The notes under the pieces were generated by a model, which was not told the DNA's origin, searched no databases, and was given only the letters and a program-made list of their open reading frames with translations. A stretch of 64,000 nucleotides of DNA from an uncultured Alphaproteobacteria bacterium (GTDB lineage: Bacteria; Pseudomonadota; Alphaproteobacteria; Sphingomonadales; Sphingomonadaceae). This document shows, piece by piece, positions 26,596-40,788 of the stretch. Numbering within the stretch: the stretch's first letter is position 1; each line of letters begins with the position of its first letter. The stretch spans positions 37,322-101,321 of the forward strand of contig CAVSJL010000002.1 of assembly GCA_963728375.1 (NCBI GenBank), in the 5' to 3' direction. Made by a program: the position numbers and the translations under genes.

Positions 26596-27090
26596 CTACG
26601 GCTTGGCGTAGCCGTGAGCCCGCAGGTCGAGTTTTCCGAGTGCCGGATCGACAGGCAGGAATATCCCGCCGCTGCGGGTCGAGTTTCCGGGAACATAGTC
26701 GAGCGACACCTGGCTCTCGATCGGTTCCGCACCGGGAATTTGAAGCGTGGCCCCGATTTGAACGTTCGATGCCGTTTCGGCCGAGAGATTGCGCGCCTCG
26801 AATTCCACTTCATAGCCGGGCCCGGCGGCGTGCGTGCCGGTCGCCTTTACCGCGACATAGATTGGATCGGCGCCAGACTGGACGAACAGCTCTCTTGCCA
26901 CGAGGCCGATCAGCGCGAAGGTGAGGAGCAGACCGGTCACTCCCGCGACATAGGCAAGCGCCGGTTTATCCTGGCCGCCCTTTCCGTGCGCGGTCTTGAC
27001 CCTGTCGTGACCGCTGCCCCGCTCGCTGGCCTCGGGTCTTTCGTCTCCTTGCGGGCGGGTTTTCCGGTTCTCGCGTTCATCGTCGGTCAC
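26596..27090 (-). CDS. single-TM conserved hypothetical protein (TIGR02588-like)
   Basis: 164 aa: a charged N-terminus, one TM (LAYVAGVTGLLLTFALIGLVA), then a beta-rich domain. The family name is recalled, not searched. Confidence 0.6.
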   Translation of the reverse strand: MTDDERENRKTRPQGDERPEASERGSGHDRVKTAHGKGGQDKPALAYVAGVTGLLLTFALIGLVARELFVQSGADPIYVAVKATGTHAAGPGYEVEFEARNLSAETASNVQIGATLQIPGAEPIESQVSLDYVPGNSTRSGGIFLPVDPALGKLDLRAHGYAKP

Positions 27091-27102
27091 TTCTGCGGGC
27101 TC

Positions 27103-27939
27103 CTAGACAATCAATCGCGCGCTGCCGGCGCCAAGCGCGGAAGGGAATGAAAGGACACAGGTCATCATCGCGATCTGCGCTACGGAAGCGCCGTCGGTCC
27201 TGCCGAACGTCCAAAGCGAGTAAAGACTGACGAGGATCGCGATGCCGAAGCCCGCAAACGAGTAGGCGAGCACACCCGCCCCCCTGCTCATGCCCTCAGG
27301 GAACTGTTCCTGTCCCTTGAAACCGAGCACATAGACGAAAGCGTGCAACGCCGCGAGCGAGAGGGCGACGAGCGATAGTGCGTGCCAGGGGGTCATCTTG
27401 TACGCGATGAGGATCATCTCCTCGGTTGGCGCAACGTTGAAGGCGAGAAACAGCGCTCCGACTGTCATCAACAGAAGCTCGCTGTGATAGGACGAATTGC
27501 CGCGTTTGGGTTCGTCTTCGTCGTCATCGCCTCCAAGCTGACCACGCGCGACGATCGCCCCGATACTGGCAGGAACCGCCTGGATCGCAATCTTCCCGAC
27601 GATTTCGTCGAGTGTCATGGAGAACGTCAGGATCGCAAACACGACCAGCATCACGGCAGAAGCGAGTATCGCTATGCCGTATGCGGTGAATGCGTCGAGC
27701 ACATCCTCGATCCAGCTGTGGGTCTCCTCAAAGCCGATGGAGCGCGATAGAGGGATGAGCAGTCCGAGGTTGAGCAGCAGGAACAGCAGCAGCCGCAGCC
27801 GGTCCATGTAGAAACCCAGCCACCACATCTCCATCGTCATCATCAACGGGAAGCTGAAGATGATCGCCCCGGCGAATGCCCGCGCAAGGCCGCGCGCGAA
27901 CCTGGTGTTGGACTGCGGAGATGGTGCCGCCTCGCTCAT
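27103..27939 (-). CDS. integral membrane protein (TIGR02587-like)
   Basis: 278 aa, with the FSFPLMMTMEMWWLG motif, about 6 TM segments and an acidic loop GGDDDEDEPKRG. It lies 12 nt upstream of the TIGR02588-like gene. Confidence 0.6.
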   Translation of the reverse strand: MSEAAPSPQSNTRFARGLARAFAGAIIFSFPLMMTMEMWWLGFYMDRLRLLLFLLLNLGLLIPLSRSIGFEETHSWIEDVLDAFTAYGIAILASAVMLVVFAILTFSMTLDEIVGKIAIQAVPASIGAIVARGQLGGDDDEDEPKRGNSSYHSELLLMTVGALFLAFNVAPTEEMILIAYKMTPWHALSLVALSLAALHAFVYVLGFKGQEQFPEGMSRGAGVLAYSFAGFGIAILVSLYSLWTFGRTDGASVAQIAMMTCVLSFPSALGAGSARLIV

Positions 27940-28073
27940 GCCGAAGAGACGACGAAGTCCGGTCGCAAGTTCCCGGATGCCAACCCAACCTCACTGCCGG
28001 CTATGACTGCCACAGCGGCTGTCCGCCCCACTCGCCGACGCGCGGATCACTGTCAGCGTCCTCCTTCATCGCG

Positions 28074-32123
<4,050 letters not shown>

Positions 32124-32361
32124 TCAATCGACGACCGATCGCACGTCCGCTCAGCGCCGCGCGCGGAACAGCATCCAGAGGACGAGGAGAACGGCGAGAA
32201 ACATCGCAAGGAGTGCGACGATGACGAGTGTGTCGACCTCCATTTTTGCGACCTTTCAAAATCTTGCTGCACTCGACTAACAAAGGTTGCCCTCGGTCCG
32301 TTCCTGCGGTTCGCGCATATCGGGCTTGCGATGCAGATCGGTCACAGGCATTCCGCGCGTC

Positions 32362-34119
32362 ATGTCGCGCCGTTCCTTCGCATCGCTTTCTGCCGTCGCC
32401 ATGTCGGCAACCCTCGCCGCCTGCGCCACGGTCCCAGCCGGGCCGCCCGCGCCAGTCGAAGTCGGGATCGTGGCGATCAATGACTTTCACGGCGCGATCG
32501 AGCCACCGAACCAGTCGGTCTTCATGCGGGGGCCCGACGGCACGACCGTCGGTATACCCGCAGGCGGCGCGGCCTGGCTCGCCTCCGCGGTCGACGCGAT
32601 CCGCGCGCGGCATCCGAACAATGTGACCGTGTCCGCAGGCGACCTTACCAGCGCCTCGCAGTTCGCCTCGTCGCTCTATCTCGACGAGCCCACGGTCGGC
32701 GCGATGAACCGCATCGGGCTGGATTTCAACGCGGTCGGCAACCACGAGTTCGACCGCGGCAGCAAGGAACTGCTGCGGCTTCAGAACGGCGGCTGCGACA
32801 AGAACACGCGGCGCGACCCCTGCGCGGTCGAGCCCTTCCCCGGTGCGGAGTTCAAATACCTCGCCGCCAACGTCGCGACCGAAAGCGGAACCACCCTGTT
32901 CCCCGCGACCGGAACCAAGGGCTTCGGCACCGGCGCCCGCAAGGTGACAGTCGGCTTCGTCGGCCTGACGCTCAAGGGTACCGCCGGGCTGGTCCTGCCC
33001 GAGGCAGTGTCGGGGCTGACCTTTGGCGATGAAGCCGACGCGATCAATCGCGCGGCCGACGAACTGCGCGCGGACGGTGCCGACGCGGTCGTCGTGCTGC
33101 TCCACCAGGGCGGGCGCACCAGCGGCGACCCCGACCCGCAGGGCTGCAACGCGCTTTCTGGCGAGATCCTGCCAATCCTCGAGCGCCTCTCGCCCAAGGT
33201 CGACGTCGTCGTTTCCGGCCACACCCATTGGGCCTATGTCTGCCGGCGTGATCTGCCGGGGCGGTCGGAACCGCTGCTGCTGACCAGCGCCGGAGTCTAC
33301 GGCGAGCTGGTGACCGACATCACCCTCGAGATCGATCCAGTAACGAATTCCGTCGTCGCCAAGAAGGCGGCGAACGTGATCGTGCAGAGCAAGCCCTACA
33401 CCGCCTCGCGCGGCCCGGTCGCGAACACCGACATCGTGCCCCGCTTCGAGCCGCGCGCGGACGTTTCCGCATACGTGGCGAAGTACGTCGATGCCTCAAA
33501 AGCTTTTTCCAACCGCAAGGTCGGCTCGATCGCCGGCACCGCCACCCGCCCCAGCGAAGGCGGGGGCAATACCGGCGGATCGCTCGGCAACCTGATCGCC
33601 GACGCGCAGCTCGCCGCGACGCGCGACGCGGGTGCGCAAATAGCCTTCATGAACCCCTTCGGCATACGCGCACCGGCCGTTATCGGTCCAGCCGCGGACG
33701 GCTCGGTGACCTTTGGCGAGCTTTACCAGATCCAGCCGTTCAACAACGAACTGGTAACGCTGAGCCTCACCGGAGCGGAGCTGAAAGCGGTGCTCGAGCA
33801 GGGCTTCGACGACGAGGCGCCGGTACAGGTCCTCACGCCGTCACAGGGGTTCGTCTATCGCTACGACCTGTCGAAACCCGTCGGCCAGCGGATCGTCGGC
33901 ATGACCCTGGACGGCCAGCCGATCGACCCGGCGGCGACTTACCGCGTGACGGTGAGCAATTTCCTCGCTCAAGGTGGCGACAGCTTCACCCTGTTCGCCA
34001 AGGGGCGCGATGCGGTGCATGGCGGGGTCGACGTCGACGCACTGCAGGACTGGCTGGCGGTCAAGCCGGCGCGCGCGGTGCCTGAGGAAAACCGGAACAT
34101 CGACGTCACGCCCAAGTAA
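32362..34119 (+). CDS. periplasmic 5'-nucleotidase / metallophosphoesterase (UshA-like)
   Basis: Inner ATG of ORF 32287..34119. Lipobox-like LAAC, NDFHG, GNHEFD, SGHTH. Confidence 0.85.
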   Translation: MSRRSFASLSAVAMSATLAACATVPAGPPAPVEVGIVAINDFHGAIEPPNQSVFMRGPDGTTVGIPAGGAAWLASAVDAIRARHPNNVTVSAGDLTSASQFASSLYLDEPTVGAMNRIGLDFNAVGNHEFDRGSKELLRLQNGGCDKNTRRDPCAVEPFPGAEFKYLAANVATESGTTLFPATGTKGFGTGARKVTVGFVGLTLKGTAGLVLPEAVSGLTFGDEADAINRAADELRADGADAVVVLLHQGGRTSGDPDPQGCNALSGEILPILERLSPKVDVVVSGHTHWAYVCRRDLPGRSEPLLLTSAGVYGELVTDITLEIDPVTNSVVAKKAANVIVQSKPYTASRGPVANTDIVPRFEPRADVSAYVAKYVDASKAFSNRKVGSIAGTATRPSEGGGNTGGSLGNLIADAQLAATRDAGAQIAFMNPFGIRAPAVIGPAADGSVTFGELYQIQPFNNELVTLSLTGAELKAVLEQGFDDEAPVQVLTPSQGFVYRYDLSKPVGQRIVGMTLDGQPIDPAATYRVTVSNFLAQGGDSFTLFAKGRDAVHGGVDVDALQDWLAVKPARAVPEENRNIDVTPK

Positions 34120-34123
34120 AGAG

Positions 34124-34756
34124 TCAGGCGGCGCGCAGCCCCTTCACTCCGCGCGAGCCCCGGTCGGCCGCGCTGAGGCCGGCGAACAGCGTGTCGACGA
34201 TGCGGCCGAGCTTCTCTTCGCTCAGGCGGGGCTCCATGTAGGTGAGCACATCGGCCATCGTGTAGGGCAGGACCATCTGGTTGATGAGGCTCAACGCGTC
34301 GTCGATCGCCAGCCCCTCGAACGCACCGTCCGCCTGCGCCTGCGCGATCAGTTCGCACAAGTAGTGATCGGCCAGGTCGACGTAACTGCGTACCCGCTCG
34401 AAATGCGCCGCGCCCAGTTCGCAATAGACCTTGAACGCCGCCGGATCGGCAAGAAACCGCTCGCGCTGATGACGGAACCGGCGCGCGAAGAATTCGAACA
34501 TCTTGCGATTGGGCGGGAGGTCGCTCGCCAGCACCTCTTCCATGATCGCGACATGGTCGGCAAACCATCGCTCGACGATGGCATCGAACAGGTCCGCTTC
34601 CTCCGGAAACAGCGCCTCGACCCGCGATCGGGCCACGCCCGAACCTGCGGCGAGCGCGCTCCGCGTCACGTCGTCCCCGCGCTCCTCGATCATGCGCATG
34701 GCGGTCCGGACCAGCCGGTCCTTCTCGCTCTCGGGATCGGTCCCGCTGCCGCTCAT
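34124..34756 (-). CDS. TetR-family transcriptional regulator
   Basis: Inner ATG of ORF 34124..34795. It has an N-terminal HTH (LVRTAMRMIEERGDDVTRSALAAGSGVARSRVEALF). Confidence 0.8.
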   Translation of the reverse strand: MSGSGTDPESEKDRLVRTAMRMIEERGDDVTRSALAAGSGVARSRVEALFPEEADLFDAIVERWFADHVAIMEEVLASDLPPNRKMFEFFARRFRHQRERFLADPAAFKVYCELGAAHFERVRSYVDLADHYLCELIAQAQADGAFEGLAIDDALSLINQMVLPYTMADVLTYMEPRLSEEKLGRIVDTLFAGLSAADRGSRGVKGLRAA

Positions 34757-34824
34757 CTCAAGCTCCCGTCTGCTGCCGCGAATGTAGGCGAGCAAACGGG
34801 ACGTTTGAAGGGACTATTCAACGA

Positions 34825-35346
34825 TTATTGAGCGGTTGCAGTCGCGGTAGCGCCCGGTGCGGCGTTCGACGCGCCGGTCGCGCCCATCGTCCCACCGGGA
34901 CCCATCACCCGGCGATAAGTCTGCTCCTCGGTCATCGTGCCCGTAGTCGGAGCGTCCGCATCCGGCATCCGGTAGAGCGCACCGTCGGCGATGGCATAGA
35001 CCAGGTTCTCGCCATCGTTCTTGATGAGGATGCGGCTGTTATCGTCGTACCAGTTGTAGGTGCCGGTGGTCTCGACCCCGTTCTGGTCGCGCATCGCGTA
35101 GGTTCCGTCGGTCTTGAGCGTGATCGAACGCTCTCCATTAGCGACCGGTTGCGCATATGTGCCAGCATAGTCGACGCTCGTGCGCGCGTTCGGCACGACC
35201 GAGGGGAAGCGCGGATCGACCTCCGGCAGGTTCACGGGCACGTCCGCTGCCTCTGGCGTTGCCTCGTCGGCGGGCGTCGTGTCGCCGCAAGCGGCAAGCC
35301 CTAGGGCAAGCGGGGCGAGGAACGTGAAGGCAGGGGCGAGGCGCAT
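34825..35346 (-). CDS. lipoprotein, conserved hypothetical
   Basis: Inner ATG of ORF 34825..35388. Sequence: MRLAPAFTFLAPLALGLAAC (lipobox), with a low-complexity C-terminus. Confidence 0.7.
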   Translation of the reverse strand: MRLAPAFTFLAPLALGLAACGDTTPADEATPEAADVPVNLPEVDPRFPSVVPNARTSVDYAGTYAQPVANGERSITLKTDGTYAMRDQNGVETTGTYNWYDDNSRILIKNDGENLVYAIADGALYRMPDADAPTTGTMTEEQTYRRVMGPGGTMGATGASNAAPGATATATAQ

Positions 35347-35386
35347 GGGTACTCTCCGGGAAAAAATGATCGTCAGTATCCAAAGC

Positions 35387-35411
35387 AACGGACGAACCCG
35401 CCCGATGTTTC
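35387..35411 (-). promoter_or_regulatory. weak sigma-EcfG-like promoter (GAAAC-N16-CGTT)
   Basis: One mismatch in the -35 element. The -10 element ends 40 nt upstream of the lipoprotein start. It overlaps the DUF1295 stop codon. Confidence 0.25.
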
Positions 35412-36204
35412 AGCGCTTTTTCGGTGGCAGCGGAAAGAAACCCGAGGTGCGCCGGACGTAGTCGGCATAGCCGGGCCGGCGCTTGGCCATTCCGGCCTCG
35501 AGCAGCGGCTTGCCTGACCAGCGCGTGAGAGTGAAGGTGAGAAATATCGGACCGGCGATCGTCCATGCGGCCACCCACCAGCCGGCAGAGGCGGCGGCGA
35601 TCCAGATGCCCCACCACGCGCAGGCGTCGCCGAAATAGTTCGGGTGACGGGTATAACGCCACAGGCCGCGGTCCATCACGGCGCCCCGGTTCGCCGGATC
35701 TGCGCGGAAGCGGGCAAGCTGCCAGTCACCCACCCATTCGAAGAATACGCCGAGAAACCAGACCGCGAGCCCGACCGCCGCCAGCCCACTGATCGGCTGC
35801 TCGCCCCCGGCCGCGAGAACCCCCGCCTGAGCCGGGCTCGAGACGAGGAACAGCAAGACCGCCTGGCCGAGGAAGACTTTCGTCAGCGCGGCAAGCGCGA
35901 AACCGCCCTGTTCGCGCGGTCTGCGCATCATGCGAGCATAGCGCGGATCCTCGCCCTCGCGCCGCCAGCGGCGGAACAGGTGAATCGCGAGGCGGGCGCC
36001 CCACAGGACGGTCATCGCCATGATGAGCGTCGCGAGCGGGCCTGGTTCGGCGAGCCGCAGCCAGCTGACGATGGCGAGCAGCGCCATGCCTCCGCCCCAG
36101 AACGAATCGACGAACGACACGTCGTTGATCTGGATCGAGACAACCCACAACAGCAGCACGATCCCCAGCAGGATCGCGGCGTTTCCGATCAGCGCTTCAA
36201 TCAT
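35410..36204 (-). CDS. DUF1295 / steroid 5-alpha-reductase-like membrane protein
   Basis: Inner ATG of ORF 35410..36513. Sequence: MIEALIGNAAILLG..., with the RHPNYFGD motif. The start overlaps the plsC-like stop (ATGATTGA). Confidence 0.8.
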   Translation of the reverse strand: MIEALIGNAAILLGIVLLLWVVSIQINDVSFVDSFWGGGMALLAIVSWLRLAEPGPLATLIMAMTVLWGARLAIHLFRRWRREGEDPRYARMMRRPREQGGFALAALTKVFLGQAVLLFLVSSPAQAGVLAAGGEQPISGLAAVGLAVWFLGVFFEWVGDWQLARFRADPANRGAVMDRGLWRYTRHPNYFGDACAWWGIWIAAASAGWWVAAWTIAGPIFLTFTLTRWSGKPLLEAGMAKRRPGYADYVRRTSGFFPLPPKKR

Positions 36205-36826
36205 CGGCAGCCATCCTTTTCGCCTGCTCGGCGAACCGTACGAAACGGTCGCAATCGGGACGTTTGGCGCGGTAGAAGGCCGCGAGCTTTGCGAAGTCGG
36301 CGGCCATGTCCTCGCTCGGCCAGATCGGCTCGCCGAGCCCACCGCACATATTATCATGGTCCACCCAGGCGGGCACAATCGGAACTCCGGCGGCACGGGC
36401 GATGTGCCAGAAGCCGGACCGCCATTCGCCATCGCTGGTGCGCGAACCTTCCGGCGCGACGACGAGCGCCAGTTCGCGCGAACGGCCGAATACGTCGGCG
36501 ATCTGGTCGACATAGTTCGATCCGCGCCGGGAGCGATCGACCGAGATCCCTCCCATGTCTTCCATGAAGCGCGTCATCGGCCACTTGAACAGCGAGTGCT
36601 TGCCCATGAAGCTCGGCCGGATGCCAAGCTCCTGGGTCGCCCCGATGAAGAAGACGAAATCCCAGTTCGAGGTATGCGGCGCGCCGGTGATGACGAACTT
36701 GGGCACATGCGGATGGCCGCCCTCCAGCCGCCAGTCCTTCCGCCGGTAGAGCGCAATGATCAGGCGGTGGACGAGCCGGGAGAGCAGCGTCGCGCGATGT
36801 TCGCCCATGTTGCCGCCTGACGCCAT
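36197..36826 (-). CDS. 1-acyl-sn-glycerol-3-phosphate acyltransferase-like (PlsC family)
   Basis: 209 aa. The HTSNWD (HxxxxD) and VAPEGSR motifs are present. Confidence 0.8.
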   Translation of the reverse strand: MASGGNMGEHRATLLSRLVHRLIIALYRRKDWRLEGGHPHVPKFVITGAPHTSNWDFVFFIGATQELGIRPSFMGKHSLFKWPMTRFMEDMGGISVDRSRRGSNYVDQIADVFGRSRELALVVAPEGSRTSDGEWRSGFWHIARAAGVPIVPAWVDHDNMCGGLGEPIWPSEDMAADFAKLAAFYRAKRPDCDRFVRFAEQAKRMAADD

Positions 36827-36840
36827 GACGCGCGCCCTCC

Positions 36841-36866
36841 CCGTTCCCGCCTAGCAGCGGGAACGG
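36841..36866 (-). terminator. 10-bp GC hairpin downstream of gene 36896..37549
   Basis: CCGTTCCCGC-CTAGCA-GCGGGAACGG, 30 nt after the stop. No U-tract. Confidence 0.45.
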
Positions 36867-36895
36867 GAATCACTAAGAAACAAGTTTGCGGAACG

Positions 36896-37549
36896 TCAGT
36901 CGTATTTGACCGAAACGGTATCGCGGTTGCCGTCGCCGTCGCGGCGCGTGCGAACGACATCGGCATCGTCGTCCGCGCGAGTATCGCCGGCATCGGGTGT
37001 CCCAGCATTCTCACGTTCGGCGTCGGCGGTGAGGTGGTCGTAGAGCGCTTCGTAATGCTTCATCGCCTGGCGCATTTCTTCGGTATCGACGTTCGCACCA
37101 TTGTTGCGCTCGATCACCGCGTGGCCTTCGCGGTAGTGGCGGGCTACGTCGGCGTGATCGACCGTCAGGTCCTCGTAGCGCCGGTCGAAGTCGGCCATCG
37201 GATACCCGACCGTCTTCATCATCGTGGCGACGAGCCGATCGGCGTGCAGCACCGCCTCGACCGGACTGTCGACGAACACCGCCTTCACCTCTCGCCATTC
37301 GTCGCCGAAGCGCGCGTGCTCGCTCGCGGTGAGCGGTCGGATCGTCAGCGCGTCGACACGCTCTTCGCGCTCGGCGAGCGCGGCTTCGGCCTTGCCGCGA
37401 TTGCCGACGTCGTCGACCGCGCGGTCGTATTCGTCGCCGAAGCGGCCCTTCAGGTGGTCGGTCTTGCGGCGCTGCAACGCCACGTAGATCGCCACGGCAG
37501 CGATCAGCACGATGACCACGATAACCGCGATCAGGGTGTTCTGGTCCAC
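36896..37549 (-). CDS. membrane-anchored conserved hypothetical protein (putative stress protein)
   Basis: 217 aa, GTG start after a GAGGAG RBS. N-terminal TM (LIAVIVVIVLIAAVAIYVAL), then a charged helical domain. Confidence 0.7.
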   Translation of the reverse strand: MDQNTLIAVIVVIVLIAAVAIYVALQRRKTDHLKGRFGDEYDRAVDDVGNRGKAEAALAEREERVDALTIRPLTASEHARFGDEWREVKAVFVDSPVEAVLHADRLVATMMKTVGYPMADFDRRYEDLTVDHADVARHYREGHAVIERNNGANVDTEEMRQAMKHYEALYDHLTADAERENAGTPDAGDTRADDDADVVRTRRDGDGNRDTVSVKYD

Positions 37550-37592
37550 GGAAACTCTCCTCGTTTCCGTCCAAGTCCCCTCAGGCCGATGA

Positions 37593-37617
37593 TACGTCCC
37601 GCGGCGCTGCGAGTTCC
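37593..37617 (-). promoter_or_regulatory. sigma-EcfG-type promoter (GGAAC-N16-CGTA)
   Basis: The minus strand reads GGAAC TCGCAGCGCCGCGGGA CGTA. The -10 element ends 43 nt upstream of the GTG start at 37549. Confidence 0.45.
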
Positions 37618-37622
37618 GTGGG

Positions 37623-39230
37623 CTACATCCGGAACACGCCGAACGCGGGCCGTTCGGGGATCGGCGCTTCGAGCGTGGCGGCGAAAGCGAGACCCAATAC
37701 GTCGCGGGTCTGGACCGGGTCGATCACCCCGTCGTCCCACAATCGCGCGGTGGCGTAGTAGGGGTTGCCCTCGTCCTCGTACGTCTGGCGGATCGGCGCC
37801 TTGAAGGCTTCGGCCTCCTCCGCCGTCCACTTGTCGGCGTCGCGGTGGACGGTGGCGAGCACGCTCGCCGCCTGTTCGCCGCCCATCACGCTGATGCGCG
37901 CATTGGGCCAGGTGAACAGGAAGCGCGGCGAATAGGCGCGCCCCGCCATGCCGTAGTTGCCCGCGCCGAAGCTGCCGCCGATCACCACGGTGATCTTGGG
38001 CACGGTCGCGGTGGCGACCGCGGTGACGAGCTTGGCGCCATGCTTGGCGATGCCCTCCGCCTCGTACTTGCCGCCGACCATGAAGCCGCTGATATTCTGC
38101 AGGAAAAGCAACGGGATACGCCGCTGGCAGGCGAGTTCGATGAAGTGCGCGCCCTTCTGCGCGCTTTCGGAGAACAGCACGCCGTTGTTGGCGAGGATCG
38201 CCACCGGCATGCCCCAGATGTGCGCGAATCCGCATACCAGGGTGCTGCCGTAGAGCGCCTTGAACTCGTGGAATTCGCTGCCATCGACGATCCGGGCGAT
38301 GACTTCGTGCACATCGTAGGGCGCCCGCACGTCTTCCGGGATCAGGGCGTAGAGGTCCTCGGCGTCGAATTTCGGCGCTCGCGGAGTGATGAATCCGACA
38401 CCATCTGCCGCCAGATTGTTCGCGCCGAGGTGGCTGACGATGTCGCGCACGATGGTAAGCGCGTGCTCGTCGTTTTCCGCGAGGTGATCGACCACGCCCG
38501 ACTTCTTCGCGTGGAGATCGCCGCCGCCGAGATCCTCGGCCGAAATCTCTTCACCCGTCGCGGCCTTCACCAGCGGCGGGCCGGCGAGGAAGATCGTGCC
38601 CTGATCGCGCACGATCACGCTCTCGTCGCTCATCGCCGGCACATAGGCGCCGCCGGCGGTGCAGGAACCCATCACGCAGGCGATCTGCGGGATCCCGGCC
38701 GCGCTCATCTGCGCCTGGTTGTAGAAGATCCGCCCGAAATGCTCGCGGTCGGGGAACACCTCGGCCTGGTAGGGCAGGTTCGCCCCGCCGCTGTCGACGA
38801 GGTAGACGCACGGCAGGCGGTTCTCCTGCGCGATCTCCTGTGCGCGCAGGTGCTTCTTGACCGTCATCGGGTAGTAGCTGCCGCCCTTCACGGTGGGGTC
38901 GTTGCAGACGATCATCGTCTGCCGCCCGCTCACCCGTCCGATTCCCGCGATCATCGAGGCGCCGTTGACGTCGCCTTCGTACATCCCGTTGGCAGCAAGC
39001 TGGCCGATTTCGAGGAACGGCGAACCGGGGTCGAGCAGCCGCTCGACACGCTCGCGGGGAAGCAGCTTCCCGCGCGAAACGTGGCGCTCGCGGTGCCGCT
39101 CGCTGCCGCCCAGCGCCGCCTCGGCGACCCTGGCGCGCAATTCTTCGGCGAGGCCCTTGTTGTGCGCGAACCGCGCCTTCGCCTCGGGGCTCTCGCGATC
39201 CAGCTTGGTGGTCAGAACGGGTGCAGTCAT
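37623..39230 (-). CDS. mccB: methylcrotonoyl-CoA carboxylase, carboxyltransferase (beta) subunit
   Basis: Inner ATG of ORF 37623..39278, 535 aa. [57 protein letters not shown]. Confidence 0.9.
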   Translation of the reverse strand: MTAPVLTTKLDRESPEAKARFAHNKGLAEELRARVAEAALGGSERHRERHVSRGKLLPRERVERLLDPGSPFLEIGQLAANGMYEGDVNGASMIAGIGRVSGRQTMIVCNDPTVKGGSYYPMTVKKHLRAQEIAQENRLPCVYLVDSGGANLPYQAEVFPDREHFGRIFYNQAQMSAAGIPQIACVMGSCTAGGAYVPAMSDESVIVRDQGTIFLAGPPLVKAATGEEISAEDLGGGDLHAKKSGVVDHLAENDEHALTIVRDIVSHLGANNLAADGVGFITPRAPKFDAEDLYALIPEDVRAPYDVHEVIARIVDGSEFHEFKALYGSTLVCGFAHIWGMPVAILANNGVLFSESAQKGAHFIELACQRRIPLLFLQNISGFMVGGKYEAEGIAKHGAKLVTAVATATVPKITVVIGGSFGAGNYGMAGRAYSPRFLFTWPNARISVMGGEQAASVLATVHRDADKWTAEEAEAFKAPIRQTYEDEGNPYYATARLWDDGVIDPVQTRDVLGLAFAATLEAPIPERPAFGVFRM

Positions 39231-39370
39231 CGTCAGGGGCCTAGCCCGCCGCGCGGTCGCTGCAAAGTCGGGACGCACGAGATTTGCGCATCGAGCGGCA
39301 TCGATGGTATTGTCGCGACTCTCGCTCCTCCAGCCGCGCGCAGACGTGACTGGCCATACCGGAGGACCCG

Positions 39371-40006
39371 ATGACCTACTGGAAACTCAAGGGCAGGCAG
39401 CTCGTCAACTGCACCTGCGACTATGGCTGCAATTGCCAGTTCGGCGGGGTGCCCGACAAGGGTCACTGCCATGCGGTGTTCGGCATGGAGATCGACGAAG
39501 GAACACATGGCGATGTCGATCTCGCCGGGCTCAGGATCGGCGCGGTGTTCAAGTGGCCCGGACCGATCCACGAAGGGCACGGCGAAGCCGTTGCCTTCGT
39601 CGACGAGCGCGCCTCGGAAGATCAGCGCAATGCGCTGCTCACGATCATGACCGGCGGAGATACCGATCCGATGGCGACGATGTTCGCCGTCTTCTGCTCC
39701 ACGGTGGAAACGATGCACCCGCCGGTGTTCGTGCCGATCGAGTTCGAAGTCGACGTCGAGGGCCGCAAGGGCCGCATGCGTATCCCGGGGCACATCCAGA
39801 TGGACGGCGAACCGATCCGCAGCCTTGTCGACGGCTCCGAAGTGCGCGCGCGGATTCACCTGCCCGACGGGTTCGAGTACGAATACGCCGACATCGGCTC
39901 CGCATCGAGCAGGTCCGACGGACCCGTCCCGGTCGAGATGACGTCGAGCTACGGCCAGTTCGCCAATCTTAATCTCGACAGTCACGGAGTCGTCCACGCG
40001 GCATGA
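39371..40006 (+). CDS. DUF1326 protein
   Basis: 211 aa: [24 protein letters not shown]... (a Cys-rich N-terminus typical of the family). Confidence 0.75.
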   Translation: MTYWKLKGRQLVNCTCDYGCNCQFGGVPDKGHCHAVFGMEIDEGTHGDVDLAGLRIGAVFKWPGPIHEGHGEAVAFVDERASEDQRNALLTIMTGGDTDPMATMFAVFCSTVETMHPPVFVPIEFEVDVEGRKGRMRIPGHIQMDGEPIRSLVDGSEVRARIHLPDGFEYEYADIGSASSRSDGPVPVEMTSSYGQFANLNLDSHGVVHAA

Positions 40007-40016
40007 GCGAGCGCTG

Positions 40017-40788
40017 ATGGGGAGGCTTGCGGAAGCGGCGCTTCGCCGTCACCGACTGGTCACGATCCTTGCGCTTGCGGTGCTCGTGCTGCTGTCCTGG
40101 ATCTGGCTGGCGACAGGCGCGGGCATGGACATGCCGTCGTCGATGCCGGCCGAGGCAACTCACGGAATGTCGATGCCCGGACACGGCACGCTGCTCGTGT
40201 TCTCGATGTGGCTGGTGATGATGGCGGCGATGATGCTGCCCTCGGCCGCGCCGGTGATCCTGCTCTACGCCCGCGCTGCAGCGCACCGGGCACCGGCAGG
40301 TTCACCGCCCCCGCCGACAGCGGCTTTCCTGCTCGGATACATCGTCGTCTGGGGGACCTTCTCGGCGGTCGCGGCGGTGCTGCAACTGGCGCTCGAAAAG
40401 GCGCGGACTCGTGTCGATGGCGACGATGGGATCGACGAGCCGGTGGCTTTCGGGCGGGGTACTGGTGGCGGCGGGCATCTACCAACTCACCCCGCTGAAG
40501 GCCGCCTGTCTCGCCCATTGCCGTTCGCCGGCAGAATTCCTCGCGCGCCACTTTCGCCCGGGTCCGCGCGGCGCGCTTCGTATGGGCCTCATCCACGGGG
40601 CTTATTGCCTCGGCTGCTGCTGGGCGGTGATGCTGCTGCTGTTCGTCGGCGGCGTGATGAATCTTGCGTGGATCGCGCTGCTCACGGTCCTCGTCGCCGC
40701 CGAGAAGCTTGCGCCGGGGGGCCGGGTGATCGGGATCGCCGGGGGCGCGGCGATGCTGGCGTGGGGCGCGGCGCTCCTGCTCGGTTAG
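40017..40788 (+). pseudogene. DUF2182 metal-binding membrane protein; apparent frameshift ~40405
   Basis: ORF 40017.. carries MWLVMMAAMMLPSAAP up to ...LQLALEKA. ORF 40411..40788 continues as ...SRWLSGGVLVAAGIYQLTPLKAACLAHCRSP... to the stop. Confidence 0.7.
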
